This document shows, piece after piece, positions 1-13,585 of a stretch of DNA of 64,000 nucleotides. Position numbers and translations under genes: made by a program. This stretch comes from Octopus sinensis (taxonomy: Eukaryota), in contig NW_021833068.1 of NCBI RefSeq assembly GCF_006345805.1, positions 25,618 through 89,617 of the forward strand, in the 5' to 3' direction. The stretch's first letter is position 1; each line of letters starts with the position of its first letter. The notes under the pieces were generated by a model that saw only the letters and a program-made list of their open reading frames with translations, made no database searches and was not told where the DNA came from.

Positions 1-845
1 GGGATCAACTCTAGAATGTTCATCAGACTGTTTTCAATTATTAAGTAAATGAGTTTCAATCATATTCCCTATTTTATCATAGCTGCTCTATAATTTTGGC
101 CAAGGTTGTATATATTTATCAACGAGGATTTGTGTGTTTGAGTCACACTGGGAACTCATCTTTTATTTCTATCTCTGTATTGTATGCTAGCATCAATACT
201 TTGTTTAAATATAAATACATGTTCACAGTTCAATACTAATTTAGTACTGAATGAAAGAAATTTATTGTTCAATATTCTTATACTGAGAGATTCTGTGTAT
301 ACACCCCAACAAAAGATAACTCCTATCAAACATTAGACTGATGTAATTGTTTGATATCTTCATAATATGATAAATCATGATGAATTTGTGCAGTTCAACT
401 TTGTAAAATATGTTGAAACTACCCCTGACATCATTTCCCAATTACAACATTTTTTATACACACCCAGGCTGATTGACTTAACCGTCAAACTCTGTAAACT
501 TGGTCCTTAAACTCTCAGTTGAGATTTTATCCTTGAATCTCCCACTTTACCAAAGCTGACTCTGATGTTCTTGTAAGTAACATTCTCTTTAATTATCAGC
601 TCTCCATGATACTGATAAATCATTAATCACCTCTAATTACTCACAATTGAAAGTAAAAGGTTTACAAATAGAACATTGGGGATTTGGTGATATTTCAGTT
701 AGTTACCATTTATCTTATATTATCATTCGTTAGTCTTATGTTGCAAAGCACAGTCCTTTTGAAGTGTGATCAATCTTCTAATTGGATAAAGACAACGTTT
801 AGTGGATGTAGTGATAGATATACTATCACAAAGAAAGGATCCCAT

Positions 846-877
846 TTATGCCAGGTAAGGGCAGATCTGGGTCTCCA
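846..877 (-). CDS. Possible terminal coding exon of the ankyrin-RING gene (VETQICPYLA*)
   Basis: tattgtag acceptor at 878-880 after a 75-bp intron. Phase 1 matches the RING exon end, and TAA lies at 846-848. Read-through to the stop at 933 or an exon outside the window are equally possible. Confidence 0.3.
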
Positions 878-952
878 CTACAATATGAAGTGCATTATTC
901 CATACCAGAAAGTTAATGAGACAACAGACAGATCAAGAAAGAATGTTCTTAC

Positions 953-1095
953 CAAATCCACTTATGCTGCGTATGTGTTGTCGACATATGGGGCATTGCT
1001 TAAATGTCATTTGAGAACAGCAATTCTGACAACAAATAGTATGTCGACATGGATGGAGTGTGACAGTAGCCTTTTTCTCTTGACACCACCAACAC
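953..1095 (-). CDS. RING-finger exon (C3HC4, MIB/IAP-like): CWWCQEKKATVTLHPCRHTICCQNCCSQMTFKQCPICRQHIRSISGF
   Basis: ttccacag acceptor and gtaaga donor. 143 nt, starting in phase 2 and matching the preceding exon. C-x2-C..PCxH..C-x2-C..C-x2-C spacing. Confidence 0.9.
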
Positions 1096-1324
1096 CTGTG
1101 GAACAAAATATTAACACATCCCATCATTAACATTCATTTATAATAAAATATTTCGTTGTGGACATGTTTAGAGTACAGAATATTAAGGGTCACAACAGTA
1201 ACCAGCAAGAGTAAATCATAAATTCTTCTGTAAACAATTACATACAAGCAGGTTTGTGTGTGTACAAGTGTCACATTAACATACACATACAAGGGTGGGC
1301 TGAAAATATCAAAGGCTGACTAAG

Positions 1325-1412
1325 GTGCAGCCTTCCAACATGCCATCCCAGTCAAACAGTCCAATCCATGCCAGCATGGACAACAGACGTTAAATGATGA
1401 TGATGATGATGA
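1325..1412 (+). mobile_element. Short 3'-tail copy of the RTE LINE/SINE family ending in (GAT)n
   Basis: ccatgccagcatgg...acgttaaatgatgatgat matches the 3' tail of the RTE at 53793-53950 in the opposite orientation. Confidence 0.65.
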
Positions 1413-1744
1413 CATACGCATTGTTAGTGTGTGTTTTAGGTTATTTTCACATGAAAGCGTACATGACAACTGACTGAGTCAGAGAAGAGAGAGAGAAAAA
1501 AATTGTTGGTAGACAGATAAATCCTATTTACTTCTAAATAGCAATTTCAAAATGTGTTCGTTCACTTTATTATTTAGTACTACATTTTCATGGAGGTCAC
1601 CGAACTCTAAAATAGTCAGGGATGGATGGTGAGGTATATCTGTCAACACAAGCAATCATGTGAATGTCATCAAAATAGTGTTTTTCGTTTGATCCACTAA
1701 CAACTGTATTTTCTGTTTATTGTTCTTATTATTGTTGTGTGGTC

Positions 1745-1960
1745 TTAAGGCTGCAAGCTGGCAGAATCATTAGCACACAGAGCAAAATGCTTTCTGGCAT
1801 TCTGTCTGCCTTTACATGCTGAGTTCAAATTCAGCTGCGGTTGACTTTACCTTGCTGTTGATAAAATAAGTACCAGTTGAAAACTGGGGATGTTGTAATT
1901 GACTTATCCCCTCCCTGACCTTGCTGGCCTTGTGCCAGAATTGGAAATCATTATTGTTGT
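1745..1960 (+). mobile_element. SINE-like dispersed repeat
   Basis: gagttcaaatt B-box-like motif and a gataaaataagtaccagttg core, related to sequence near 42215-42250 and 25190-25210. Recognised by pattern only. Confidence 0.45.
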
Positions 1961-2087
1961 CTTGAGTCAAGACACTAATGACGGAATAATACATTGGGAG
2001 AATTCAAACTAAAGAAACATATAAACATGATTATATACAAAACAGAAAATGTCCTGGTTTATCTTGTCGTTGCCAGTGAATACTTAC

Positions 2088-2263
2088 AGTGATTGTAAAA
2101 ATGTTTTTAATTTTTCTTTCAAATGTTGATTTTCTATGCAGTCCAATGGGGTCACTTTCTCATCATTACGATGGTATAAGCTGGCTCCATGGCTGGCAAG
2201 ATAACTCAAAACTACTATTTCAGAGAGCCTCCTATCCTTGTCCAGTTGGAGCTCTCTGCAGCA
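2088..2263 (-). CDS. Exon linking the ankyrin region to the RING: CCRELQLDKDRRLSEIVVLSYLASHGASLYHRNDEKVTPLDCIENQHLKEKLKTFLQS
   Basis: catttgcag acceptor and gtaagt donor. 176 nt, phase 0 to 2, consistent with both neighbours. Confidence 0.88.
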
Positions 2264-3304
2264 CTGCAAATGATGAAATATAAAACGATGAGTAGAATAT
2301 TACACAAATATATATTGTAGATAAACAAATCATGTCAAATGTAGGAAATGTAATGGAACAAGTATCACAAATAACAGAACACAACAAAGCAACAAGAACC
2401 TATCTTTACAACAGGCTTGATAAAGCCAACTGGCCAGAACAAAAGAAATATTTATAGAAGAGTATTGTATATATAAATATAACACAACAACATAACAACA
2501 ATGGCAAGCTACATTTTGTTACACAAAGGCCATTTTAATTACCATGGGGGTCGTGTGATGGTCTATGGTCACTCAAGATTTTCTGTAATTCCTTGTGGAG
2601 ATTTTAACTGGTCGCAACAAGAAGTATTTTTTTAACTACATATATACTCCTACTTGAATTTGTTTACCATCTGCAAAACTGCCATCAAAACTCAGATTTT
2701 TGACATCTTCAGATCTGCATCTATGAAAGCAGTCACCCATATTTTCCTAATGGTAATTTCGATAATCCAAATATTGATTGGGAAACCTTTCACTGGTCAC
2801 AAAGTGCAACTCATTTCCATAACAACAAACAATGAACAGAGAACACCAAGAATATAATAATTTCTTCAGACACAGCAACAAAACCAACACCAGACAGACA
2901 TATCCAAGCATATCAATAATGTTTCCAAAATTTATAAAGAAACATTTTTGGCTGATGAAGTGAAGTAAAGATTGGTGTGGTGGTTGAGGCAACACACCAA
3001 CACATTATAGTCAAGAAATTATTGAAACTGTTAGTCTGATAGACAATTCCTATAATAATGGGTCGTTGACTGCTAGAGTAGCTTCTTCTCACCAAAGTAG
3101 ACATTACAACAATACACAGGTGACCATCAACTGTCTGAAATACATTCACACATCTGTAGTGACCGTTACATATTTGGGAATCAAAGTGTTGCTTAAATTC
3201 TGCAACAACAGACAAAAAACACCATCAAATCTACCAGTGGATAGATGCTGATGTCTTTCAAACAAACAAACAAACACACACACACACACATATATATATA
3301 TATG

Positions 3305-3450
3305 CACCTAGAAGTAGTTGATAGCTACTGTTATCTAGGTAATCAAGTCAGTAGTGGAGGTGGATGCGCCAAGAGCATAGCTACTAGAATAAGATTAAGC
3401 AGGGCAAAGTTCAGAGAGCTTCTATCTTTGTTGGTAACAAAGGGCCTCTA
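3305..3450 (+). mobile_element. RTE-clade LINE fragment (post-RT region)
   Basis: Translates LEVVDSYCYLGNQVSSGGGCAKSIATRIRLSRAKFRELLSLLVTKGL, homologous to the ORF at 56664-57923. Confidence 0.8.
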
Positions 3451-4333
3451 TGACTATCTGTCTAATTACATCGTCATACATACAATCTCGTGACATCACA
3501 CTTTTGTGCGCACATCTTAATGTAAATTCATTCTCATCACATCTCTCTTCTTTACAATCATTACAAGGGGTATTACTGTAGTCAATGTATACACAAACAC
3601 CAAGCCCTGGCAATATTTGGAACCCTAATTATCAACTTTGAATAAACTCAGTTATATATTCATTATCATACTGATAAAAGAAACTTTCCTCGAAGTCCAT
3701 AAATATATTTTCTTTAAATTTAATTGTCCATAAACGAATTTATTTTCCTTTCCTTTCTTTGAAAAAGAATAATGCAATATGCTTTCTCGCAATTAACACA
3801 GTTCAACTCGTTTAACTTGAAATTCGATATTTAAAATAGTTTGTGAATTTCTCTTTCTTAAATTTAAAGACTTATCTCTGTCGTTGGTCACCTCTCCTTC
3901 ATACAGTGATGGCAGTGTTTACATGACACATATTTAAGACAGGTTACCTTCTTTACAGTGGAGTGGCCATGCTTTTGAAGGTGAAAGAAGATGGAATATT
4001 GTTAGTTACATAATACAACTAGTGCTATCAGGAGAAACTGGATTATTTAATACTAAAGGAAGAGAAGTGGATGGGAGTGAAAGAAAATAGCAAACAATGT
4101 CTGCCTGTTTCTCTATTTCTCTCTCTTTCTCTCACTCACACATACACACATCCTCCTCATCATCATTTTACATTCGTTTTCTATGCTGGCATAGGTCGGA
4201 TGGTTTGGGAGGAGTTGGTCGGCCACAGAGCTGCTCAGGCACCAATTGCCAGTTTTGGCATGGTTTCTACGGTTACATGCCCTTCCTAATGCCAACCACA
4301 CACACACATTCACAAACAATTTTAAAAACTTAC

Positions 4334-4543
4334 CTCATCTAAAATAGGAATGCGTTTCACCTCAGAATGAAATTCCTCTTTCTCTGCTGCAATATGCAAA
4401 CAATTATTGCCATCCTTGTCAACGGCATTCATCTTTGCACCGCACGTGATGATTTCATGGACTATTCCGATGTGGGCTGCATACACGGCTTCCAGTAAGG
4501 GTGTTCTTTTATCATCGTTCTCAATATCCAGTTTCACTGAATC
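4334..4543 (-). CDS. Ankyrin exon D: DSVKLDIENDDKRTPLLEAVYAAHIGIVHEIITCGAKMNAVDKDGNNCLHIAAEKEEFHSEVKRIPILDE
   Basis: ttttacttccacaaag acceptor and gtaagt donor. 210 nt, phase 0 to 0, with two ankyrin motifs. Confidence 0.9.
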
Positions 4544-5299
4544 CTTTGTGGAAGTAAAAATAGAAATTGAAAATGTACATGAAAATTAGGGTGGATGTGA
4601 CATTGCTGTCTTCTACTGGGTACTTGATCAACCTGATCATGTACATTTGATGTTTGTTAGTGTAGTCAACCTTCTGTAAGGTCCCTCTATAACACGCTAT
4701 GGATATTTGTTAGGGACATGATAAATCTATTAAGATGTCATAAACAGATTGTTTCAGCCTCATCTTCATTTATCCCTCACTATATAGTATGTTTTAGGGG
4801 ACTAGAACAAGAGTGAAAATATAATTAGCAGATCAAGTCTAGTAAAGACGAATTATATACTTAATGTAAGCCTTTCATGTTGCTATGTTAATAAGGGATC
4901 CATAAAACGGGGGAGTTGGTTAGTGTCCACATCCTTACATCACTGTACATACAGATGCATAAATATATTAACGTTATGGATGTAACACGCACACACACAC
5001 ATATATATACACACACATATATATACACACACACATATATATATACACACACACATTCATATAACAATCAAAATTGCCACTGAATATATATATATATAAT
5101 ATATATGCATATTTACATAAATATATGTACATACCTACATATATATATATGTATATAGATATATACATGCATATATGGGTACAAGACATAAAAAAATGAG
5201 CACAATGAGAAACGAAAACATAGAAATGAACTTTTCTTCGAACAACTAAAAAAAACAAACAGATCTCTTGGATCCACTTTAGACAGCCTCTCCTTCTCT

Positions 5300-6290
5300 C
5301 ACGCGTTCTCTACATTTAGGAGCCTTTCATAGTGGCACTTCCAAGCCTATTTCTTTGCAGAGTCACTAACTGCAAGGGAGCCATCATCCATGTGAACACA
5401 CTTCTCTCCCACAACATCACAATTTTCCTTGGCAAGCCAAAACACTTCAAATCTCTGCTCCTCACATTGCAAGACACTGGCAAACTTCTTCCTTTCTGCT
5501 TCACTCATGGCTGAGTATACCTGCTTCCTAGCTTCCTTTCTAACTGCCAGATACAACTCCCAGCTGCCACCACCCTTCCCATCCTTGTCCCTGTCAATTA
5601 CCCTTTTCCACCACCACATCACCCTATGCCTGGCTGGGACATTGCACCAGCCACAAATTTGGTCTGAAACTCTCAGCAAGTTGTCCCATTGGAACTTCCA
5701 CTTATCCTCAATGCTGCAAGTCTGAAATTCCTCCTCCTTCCCATTATATGCTTCATTTAGGACATCACTAAACTTCTGACTAATTGAAGGTTCCTTCAGC
5801 TTCCATACTCTTCTTTTCCAAACTGGCTTGCTTCTTGGAATCCTTCAAGCCAGTAGCTTGAACTCCCTAATGAGTAACCTATGCTGTGGGCTACATTCTT
5901 CTCTATTGAAGGCCTTTGCATTTATGAGCAGACATGAATCCTGCTTTTGGGTGAGAATGTAGTCAGTTTGGTGAGCATGTACCTTGGATTTATAGGTTAT
6001 CAAGTGGCTGGCCAGCTTTCTGAAGCAAGTGTTGCGATTATTTGGTCATTTGCACCACAGAACTCCAGTAGCCTTGCACTCCCCTCATTTCAGGAACCAA
6101 ATCTGCGTCCCCCATGGAAGATACCTCGGTGCTGCCCAACATATCCATTGAAATCACTGGCCACGAAGATAAGGTCACAGTCATTTATCTTTGAAGTGGC
6201 CAGCAGAAGAGTGTCATAGAAGTAGCCCTTCAGTTGATTTGGCAGACCCAGTTGTCTGTGTGTGTGTGGGGAGGAGCGCATAGGACGAGA
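5300..6290 (-). mobile_element. Degraded RTE-clade LINE fragment (endonuclease/linker region)
   Basis: ORF 5347-5679 (RKEARKQVY...AERKKFASVLQCEEQRFEVF...DVVGEKCVHMDDGSLA) parallels 57923-58165. ORF 6090-6281 contains an endonuclease-like ASDFNGYVG motif. Confidence 0.75.
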
Positions 6291-6717
6291 TGATTGTTGC
6301 TGTGCCTACATTGACTGCAGCTATCAGCATCTGAAAAGGTTGTTTATGGACACCTGTAAATAGGAGTTAATCAGGTATTGTCACCACCAGCAGTGGAGGG
6401 TGCCGCATCCTGGCATTCATGCAATGCAATGTTAATACAAATACAGGTAAATAAGGTAGGTAGACAAATACAGTAAGGGTAGTTAATCCGTTGAATTAGG
6501 TAGGGAGAGGAGAAGGGAAGTTGATTCATCATGTATTGATGGTAATGGATTAACGAAGCAATAGGGACTGAGTGCAGCGTACCCTCATTTAGCTTTGTTG
6601 CTGGGGACAAGGACTTTTAACTTTTCTCTGTTGCATAATCTCAGCATGCAATGTGTCTGGTACGAATAACTCTGTGTGTACATAAACATATACATACATA
6701 TATATATATAAATATAT

Positions 6718-6781
6718 ATTGACCGTCCAACCCATGCTAGCATGGAAAATGGACGCTAAACGATGATGATGATGATGATGA
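6718..6781 (+). mobile_element. Short RTE 3'-tail copy with (GAT)n
   Basis: gaccgtccaacccatgctagcatggaaaatggacgctaaacgatgatgat matches the RTE tail at 53793-53850. Confidence 0.7.
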
Positions 6782-7260
6782 TATATATATATATAATACA
6801 CACATACATAGACATTTATACATATGTACAGAGGGGAAAAAGTAGCCAAAAGAAGCCAAATAAATTATTGGACACAAGATAAAATGCCGACACCAACAAT
6901 GTACATATATAACATATCACACACACATACAACATGACAGAGCGATATTAAAAGATGATGATGATGATGATGATAGTATATATAATCTGATATATATGGG
7001 TTGAATTCATAATGACCTTGTTTTGTCTGACCATTGAAGATAGTACTGTCAGCAGTGGTGGTCAGTTGGACTATCAACACCACTACTACTGTCATCATTG
7101 TTATCACCAATATAATTATTCTTCACAGACCCAAGACCTGCCGTTTAAAGGCTGCTGCAGTGAAGTTGATTAAACCCACCCAGCAGAATTTCACTGGTAT
7201 TTTGATGATATTAATATTGAATATTAAAGACAGGATATAATTATGTATTTGTTAACTAAC

Positions 7261-7297
7261 CTGGGCCAGCATTGAAGCCACCACATCATAGTGTTGA
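7261..7297 (-). CDS. 37-nt exon E completing the last cassette ankyrin repeat: (N)QHYDVVASMLAQ
   Basis: Long pyrimidine tract ending ...ctataactttcag, and a gttagt donor. Phase 2 to 0, which is the phase needed to join exon A1 to exon D. Confidence 0.8.
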
Positions 7298-7399
7298 CTG
7301 AAAGTTATAGAAAGAGGAAAGGAAAAAAATAATTATAATCAGATTAATTAAAACAAATGTAATTGGGTCATTACAACCTAATTACATCAATAATTACTT

Positions 7400-7523
7400 A
7401 CACACATATACATATTATACATGTGTGTATGTATGTATATATATATATATATATATATGTATACACACACATACATACATATATATACACATACATACAT
7501 ACATATATATATATTATATATAT

Positions 7524-7564
<41 letters not shown>

Positions 7565-7911
7565 TATATATATATACACACATACATACATATATATATA
7601 TATACACACATACATACATATATATACACACATACATACATATATATACACACATACATACATATATATATATACACACATACATACATATATATATACA
7701 CACATACATACATATATATACACACATACATACATATATATACACACATACATACATACATATATATATATATATACACACATACATACATACATATATA
7801 TATACACATACATACATATATATATATACACACATACATACATATATACACATACATACATATATACACACATACATACATACATATATACACATACATA
7901 CATATATACAC

Positions 7912-7942
<31 letters not shown>

Positions 7943-7995
7943 CATACATACATACATATACATATATATATATATACATACATACATACATATAC

Positions 7996-8049
<54 letters not shown>

Positions 8050-8064
8050 TACATACACAAATAC

Positions 8065-8110
<46 letters not shown>
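7400..8110. repeat. Compound (TA)/(CATA)/(CA) microsatellite
   Basis: Directly visible low-complexity tract. Confidence 0.95.
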
Positions 8111-8111
<1 letters not shown>

Positions 8112-9117
8112 AAATAAGAAAATGGAGAAATACACCTTAATCAATAATCAACTACCAGATAATACCCAATCACATAATTTATTAACCAACTACATATGAA
8201 CATCAAGGTCAAACATAATAGTACGGAACAAAACAATGCACATCAATGAGTAATATGATACAATAAGTAAAGGAACCGAAACATGTAAAATTCATAAGAA
8301 AATTAAAATTTATCTAATATAGTAGCGTTTTCAAACCTCTTTTTTACAAATATATATACATATATAAACAAATACATATATCCGAAAACAACCACGCACA
8401 CATATATGTATATATATACATACACATACATACTGTTAACTAAAATAGTATTAAGAATCATTAAAATTAAGATAATATTAATTGTTAATACAACGAAAGG
8501 GGTTGGAAGGGTAATTCGTAATATACAAAAAAGAGGGGCCTAAAAGGGTAGAAAAAGGTAAGGGTTAATAAAAGGCAAAGGTTGGGAAATATTGAGATAA
8601 AATTTACAAGAAGGGTATAAACTCAAAACACAGATTTACCATAACCAGTGTAAAGAAGATGTAGGTTATTTGCATAAGATACATAATTAAAAATTACACC
8701 ACATATTCCGTAAACAATCAGAAGACTAGGAAACCGTCCAGATATCAACACTTGTAAATTTTATCTGAATATTTTCCAACAGTAATCAGACACAAGAACA
8801 GGAGTAAAGAGGGGGACAATCTATTAAATGAACCCCTGGATATTACTGGTACAGATTTTGAGCCCAGGAGTTGAACTTGGAACACAAACGGATCAAAGTA
8901 AGGGGATGATTCTGCATTTAGCCCAAGGCCAGAGGAAAGAGGATAATTTCAAGAGAAGGTGGGGGGTGAGGTGTTTTACATGGAATGAAAGGAAGAAGGG
9001 AGAGGATTTGAACCTGTAACGTTGAGGTAACGAAGGATGAGATGAAGTAAAGAATCCAGTCAGGTAACAACAACAACAACAATAATTATGATGATTAATT
9101 AATGAAGTTAGATTACA

Positions 9118-9154
<37 letters not shown>

Positions 9155-9258
9155 GAAGCATGACGACCCATGGTGGGATTATGACATGAATGACTCGAAA
9201 CAAGAAAACAAACATTAAAGAAACAGATTTGGATAATCCAAATCCATTGGGGACTTAC

Positions 9259-9821
9259 TTTCGAACTGCCAGATGTAGAGGGGTGTCACCCTCGAGGTTC
9301 ACCTTATTGATATCGATGCCTTTCTGTTTCAGGAGAAGTTCAACAACTTCCGTGCGTTCACGAGTAGAGGCAAGATGTAGAGGGGTGTTACCTTGCTTGG
9401 TCACAGCATTAACATCCGTGCCATTCTGTTGCAGGAGAAGTTCAACAACGTCCTTGCTTCCATTGCGACAGGCAAGATGGAGAGCTGTCTGACCATCTTC
9501 CTTCACAGCTTTAACATCCGTGTCTTTATCTTGCAGGAGAAGTTCAACAACGTCCTTGCTTCCATAGCGACAGGCAACATGGAGAGCTGTCCAACCATTT
9601 TCCATCACAGCTTTAACATCCGTGCCATTCTGTTGCAGGAGAAGTTCAACAACGTCCTTGCTTCCATTGCGACAGGCAAGATGGAGAGCTGTCCAACCTT
9701 TGTTCTCCACAGCATTAACATCCGTGTCTTTATGTTTCAGGAGAAGTTCAACAACGTCCTTTCTTCCATAGCGACAGGCATCATGCAGAGCTGTCGAACC
9801 CAATTTATTTTTCTGATTAAC
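9259..9821 (-). CDS. Ankyrin exon A1 (563 nt = 257 + 3x102)
   Basis: cttttttag acceptor and gtaagt donor, phase 0 to 2. Open frame of 34-aa repeats (GxTALHxACRxGSKDVVELLL). Confidence 0.92.
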
Positions 9822-10275
9822 CTAAAAAAGATAAAAAATAAAGACATTAAAGATGGTGTTTATTGGGGGAAGAAGGAAAGAAAATGAAAAATGTCAGAGA
9901 AACAGAATCAGATTAATTTAAACAGGTGGAATGAAGGTGGGGGGAAAATAAATGAGATTTATAATGTATCTATACACACACACATCTGTGTATGCATATA
10001 TATATATATATACACTCTCGCACATACATATATACATAAATACCTATATATACATACGTGTTTTATATCTTCACTGATCATTTGTTTATGCATTTTTGTG
10101 TATATATGCGTTTATGTGTGTGTATATTTGTGTATGTATGTACAGGTCTGTGTGAGCTGAAGAAAAGTTTTTAATTAAAAAAATATAAATATAAACTGTT
10201 TCATATACATATAACACAAACCAACATACATATCTTTATACACACACACACATATATATATATATATTCGCTGAC

Positions 10276-10432
10276 CTGTAAATTGTTATTTTCTTTGCTA
10301 TTTAACAGGACTTTGACTACATCTTCATAGTTATTCCCCACAGCCCAATGTAGAGGTGTGTTGCCAAATGAGTCCTGCTTATTAACATTTGCTCCACTGG
10401 AGACTAAGAAGGCCACAACATCAGTTTTGTGG
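10276..10432 (-). CDS. Ankyrin exon B1: HKTDVVAFLVSSGANVNKQDSFGNTPLHWAVGNNYEDVVKVLLNSKENNNLQ
   Basis: ttttcttcctttcag acceptor and gtcagc donor. 157 nt, phase 2 to 0. Confidence 0.9.
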
Positions 10433-11460
10433 CTGAAAGGAAGAAAAACAAACATAAAACATCACATTCACTTAATAATTACATTAAATATACACTCGTG
10501 TTCCATTAAATGCATAAAAACCTATGTATACTACAGCCTCGTGTGTGTATATATATAAATATATATGCAAATATGTATGTATGTAGAGGCAAACCTACAC
10601 AAATGTGCCCCAGGCGAATGTTTCCTTGTAACTTCTAGAAAAATGGATGTTTTTCAATGAATTTTCTTTCACAAATATCCTTCAGATGGCAAATATTCCA
10701 ATTATATCGGAATTTGTTGTGAGAAAAAACTTTTCGGTGGGTGGAGAGAGAAATTTAGTAAAGTTCAACCGAGTCGGCTTTCTTTCCAAAAAAATAGATA
10801 TTTTCAAATGAAATTTTCAATAAAACCGTTTCAGATGGTGAAGATTTCGATTATATCGGAATTTAATATGAAGAAAATTATAAAAGTTGGTGGATTCGCA
10901 CAGATATACACTAACACAAAACAGAAAATAAGAAGATGAACTTTGGGAAAATAACCGTGATGTGTGTCAGTATGTATGTGTGCGAAACCATAAAATTTTT
11001 AAAGTTTTTTCATGTTAAATTCCGATATAATCCTAATCTACACCATTTGAAAGGGATTTGTAGAAATTTTCACAGAAACAAAATATCCACTTTTCTGAAA
11101 GTTATAGAAAAACAAAACGGATTTGGGTGAATTTTGAGAAAGTCAACTCCTCAACGTTTGTTGAAAATTTGTTTTTACAACAATTCCGATATAATTGGAA
11201 TCTTCATCATCTGAAGCATTTTTGTCAAAGAAATTTCATTAAAAAATATCCATTTGTCTCAAAGTTATAAGGAAACAAATTCGTCGTGGGGCCCAGTTGT
11301 GTACGTATGCCTATACATATGCACGCATATATATATTTATATGATCTCGAGTATCGAGTACCTACGTCTGGCTAGCGCGCACGCGCGAATCCGCGTGTGC
11401 GCGACCGGGACCACTCTGCGATAATGTCAAAGTCAATAATATTATACAGGTGTATATGTG

Positions 11461-11491
<31 letters not shown>

Positions 11492-12157
11492 GCATGTATG
11501 TGTATGTATGTATATATATATGTATGTATATAGAGAGACAGACAGACAGAGAAATATGAGCCACTGAAATACGTATAATCGTTAATACACAGTAAACAAA
11601 TGTGTACGTGGGTACTTGTCTATTGTCGTGGTCCCGGTTACGCACGCGCGAATTCGCGCCAGACGTAGGTGCCTGTCGTGGGATGAGGTTCGATATCAAC
11701 TTCGCTTGCCTCAACAGGTCTTTGTGTATAAATGTATAAATTTTTCGCACTAAATTCTTTCCGTAGAATTTATCAAAAAACGCGCAAAATTATTCCGTAG
11801 AATTTATCAAATTAAAAAACGCAAAATTAATATATTTTTTGAAATTGCAAATTATTTAGAATATAAAACAAATGAAGTTAAATTTTAAAAATAAATGTCA
11901 TATACTTATACTCTGTAAGGTGCTGTGTTCACACTTCAATTTACTATTTTCTAGAAATGTTGCCTTTCTAATTGAAACAATTTTCTCAATCTCCATTTAA
12001 AAGTCCATAATGCCTCTTGAGCCATATCAAAATGAACAATTTGAATACGCGGCGGCGGTGGTGGTGGTGGTGGTTGTGTGAGGTTCTAATTTTTTCTGAT
12101 CTCTCTTTGCCCCCCTAGATGGAGTTGTGGTGGGGAGACAGATGAAAGATGTTTCAT

Positions 12158-12196
<39 letters not shown>

Positions 12197-12859
12197 CCTA
12201 CACGATATAGTCTATAAATTTGGGAGTTTTTGAAAGATATATATTTTGTCATCAGATATATATACTTTCTCACACTACAATTAAGATATATTTATTTTAA
12301 ATCGTTCATCTTTTCCCGCGACAACAAAAATTGGGCGCGAAAATTTTTCTAAATATTAGCGGAATGAACAACTGAGATAAAGAGGGGGCAAAGAGAGATC
12401 AGAAAAAAAAATTAGAACCTCACACCACCACCACCACCGCCGCCGCCGCGTAATTCAAAGTTGTTCATTTTGATATGGCTCAAGAGGCATTATGGACTTT
12501 TAAATGGAGATTGAGAAAAATTGTTTCAATTAGAAAGGCAACATTTCTAGAAAATAGTAAATTGAAGTGTGAACACAGCACCTTACAGAGTATAAGTATA
12601 TGACATTTATTTTTAAAATTTAACTTCATTTGTTTTATATTCTAAATAATTTGCAATTTCAAAAAATATATTAATTTTGCGTTTTTTAATTTGATAAATT
12701 CTACGGAATAATTTTGCGCGTTTTTTGATAAATTCTACGGAAAGAATTTAGTGCGAAAAATTTATACATTTATACACAAAGACCTGTTGAGGCAAGCGAA
12801 GTTGATATCGAACCTCATCCCACGACAGGCACCCACGCCAACCCCCTTTGCTTGCGAAG

Positions 12860-13200
12860 ACATGTTGGGGCAAGTGTGGCACCCGGCAAATGCCAGGACC
12901 CCTGGACTGGTGGTACGTAAAAAGCACTATCCGAATCGTGGCCGATGCCAGAGCCGCCTCGACTGGCACCAATCCGACCGTGGCCGTTGCCAGCCTCTCC
13001 TGGCACCTGTGCGGGTGGCATGTAAAAAGCACCCACTACACTCTCGGAGAGTGGTTGGCGTAGGTTAGGAAGGGATCCAGTTGTAGAAACATTGCCAGAT
13101 AAGACTGGAGTCTGGTGCAGCCTTCTGGCTTCCCAGATCCCCGGTCGAACCGTCCAACCATGCTGGCTGGAGAACGGACGTTAAACGATGATGATGATGA
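12860..13200 (+). mobile_element. 5'-truncated RTE 3' UTR copy with (GAT)n tail
   Basis: Shares ccgaccgtggccgttgccagcctc/tggcacctgtg motifs and the tail with 53793-54150 in the opposite orientation. Confidence 0.7.
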
Positions 13201-13244
13201 GAAGAAATTAATTCATTAAGTTTACAAATTAATACTCTTACTCT

Positions 13245-13585
13245 TTCTCTTTTACTTGTTTCAGTCATTTGACTGCGGCCATGCTGGAGCACCGCCTTTT
13301 AGTACTTATTCTATCGGTCTCTTTTGCCGAACCGCTAATAACGGGGACATAAGCACACCAGCATGGTTGGCAATGCTAGGGGGACAAACACAAACACACA
13401 CATACAAATATATATATATATATATATACGACAGGCTTCTTCAGTTTCCGTCTACCAAATCCACTCACAAGGCTTTGGTGGCCCGGGGCTACAGTAGAAG
13501 ACACTTGCCCAAGATTGCCACGCAGTGGGACTGAAACCCGGAACCATGTGGCAGGAGACAAGCTACTTACCACACAGCCACTCCT
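13245..13585 (-). mobile_element. tRNA-derived SINE
   Basis: The minus-strand start aggagtggctgtgtggtaagtagcttg...ggtttcagtcccactg matches the SINE head at 44544. Confidence 0.7.

Noticed and set aside
684-1130. 148-aa plus-strand ORF
   Set aside because: It is antisense to the RING exon, has no recognisable motif and starts at a non-ATG codon.
2650-3240. Possible degenerate Penelope-like or other RT remnant, or an extra ankyrin exon (ENMGDCFHRC...)
   Set aside because: The motif resemblance is too weak. Exon D joins the 2088-2263 exon in phase without it.
7363-8199. Long YI/HT/CV-rich ORFs here and at 41084-42157, 44035-44460 (5' part), 61072-61429 and elsewhere
   Set aside because: Stop-free reading of dinucleotide microsatellites, not genes.
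8828-9019. Recurrent ORF MNPWILLVQIL... in each unit
   Set aside because: Intronic sequence copied with the cassette. The frame is broken by indels in units 2 and 3, and it shows no domain signal.
9393-9887. Plus-strand repetitive ORFs (LLQEKFNNVLASIATGKMESC...) over the A exons
   Set aside because: Antisense shadow of the 102-bp ankyrin repeats.
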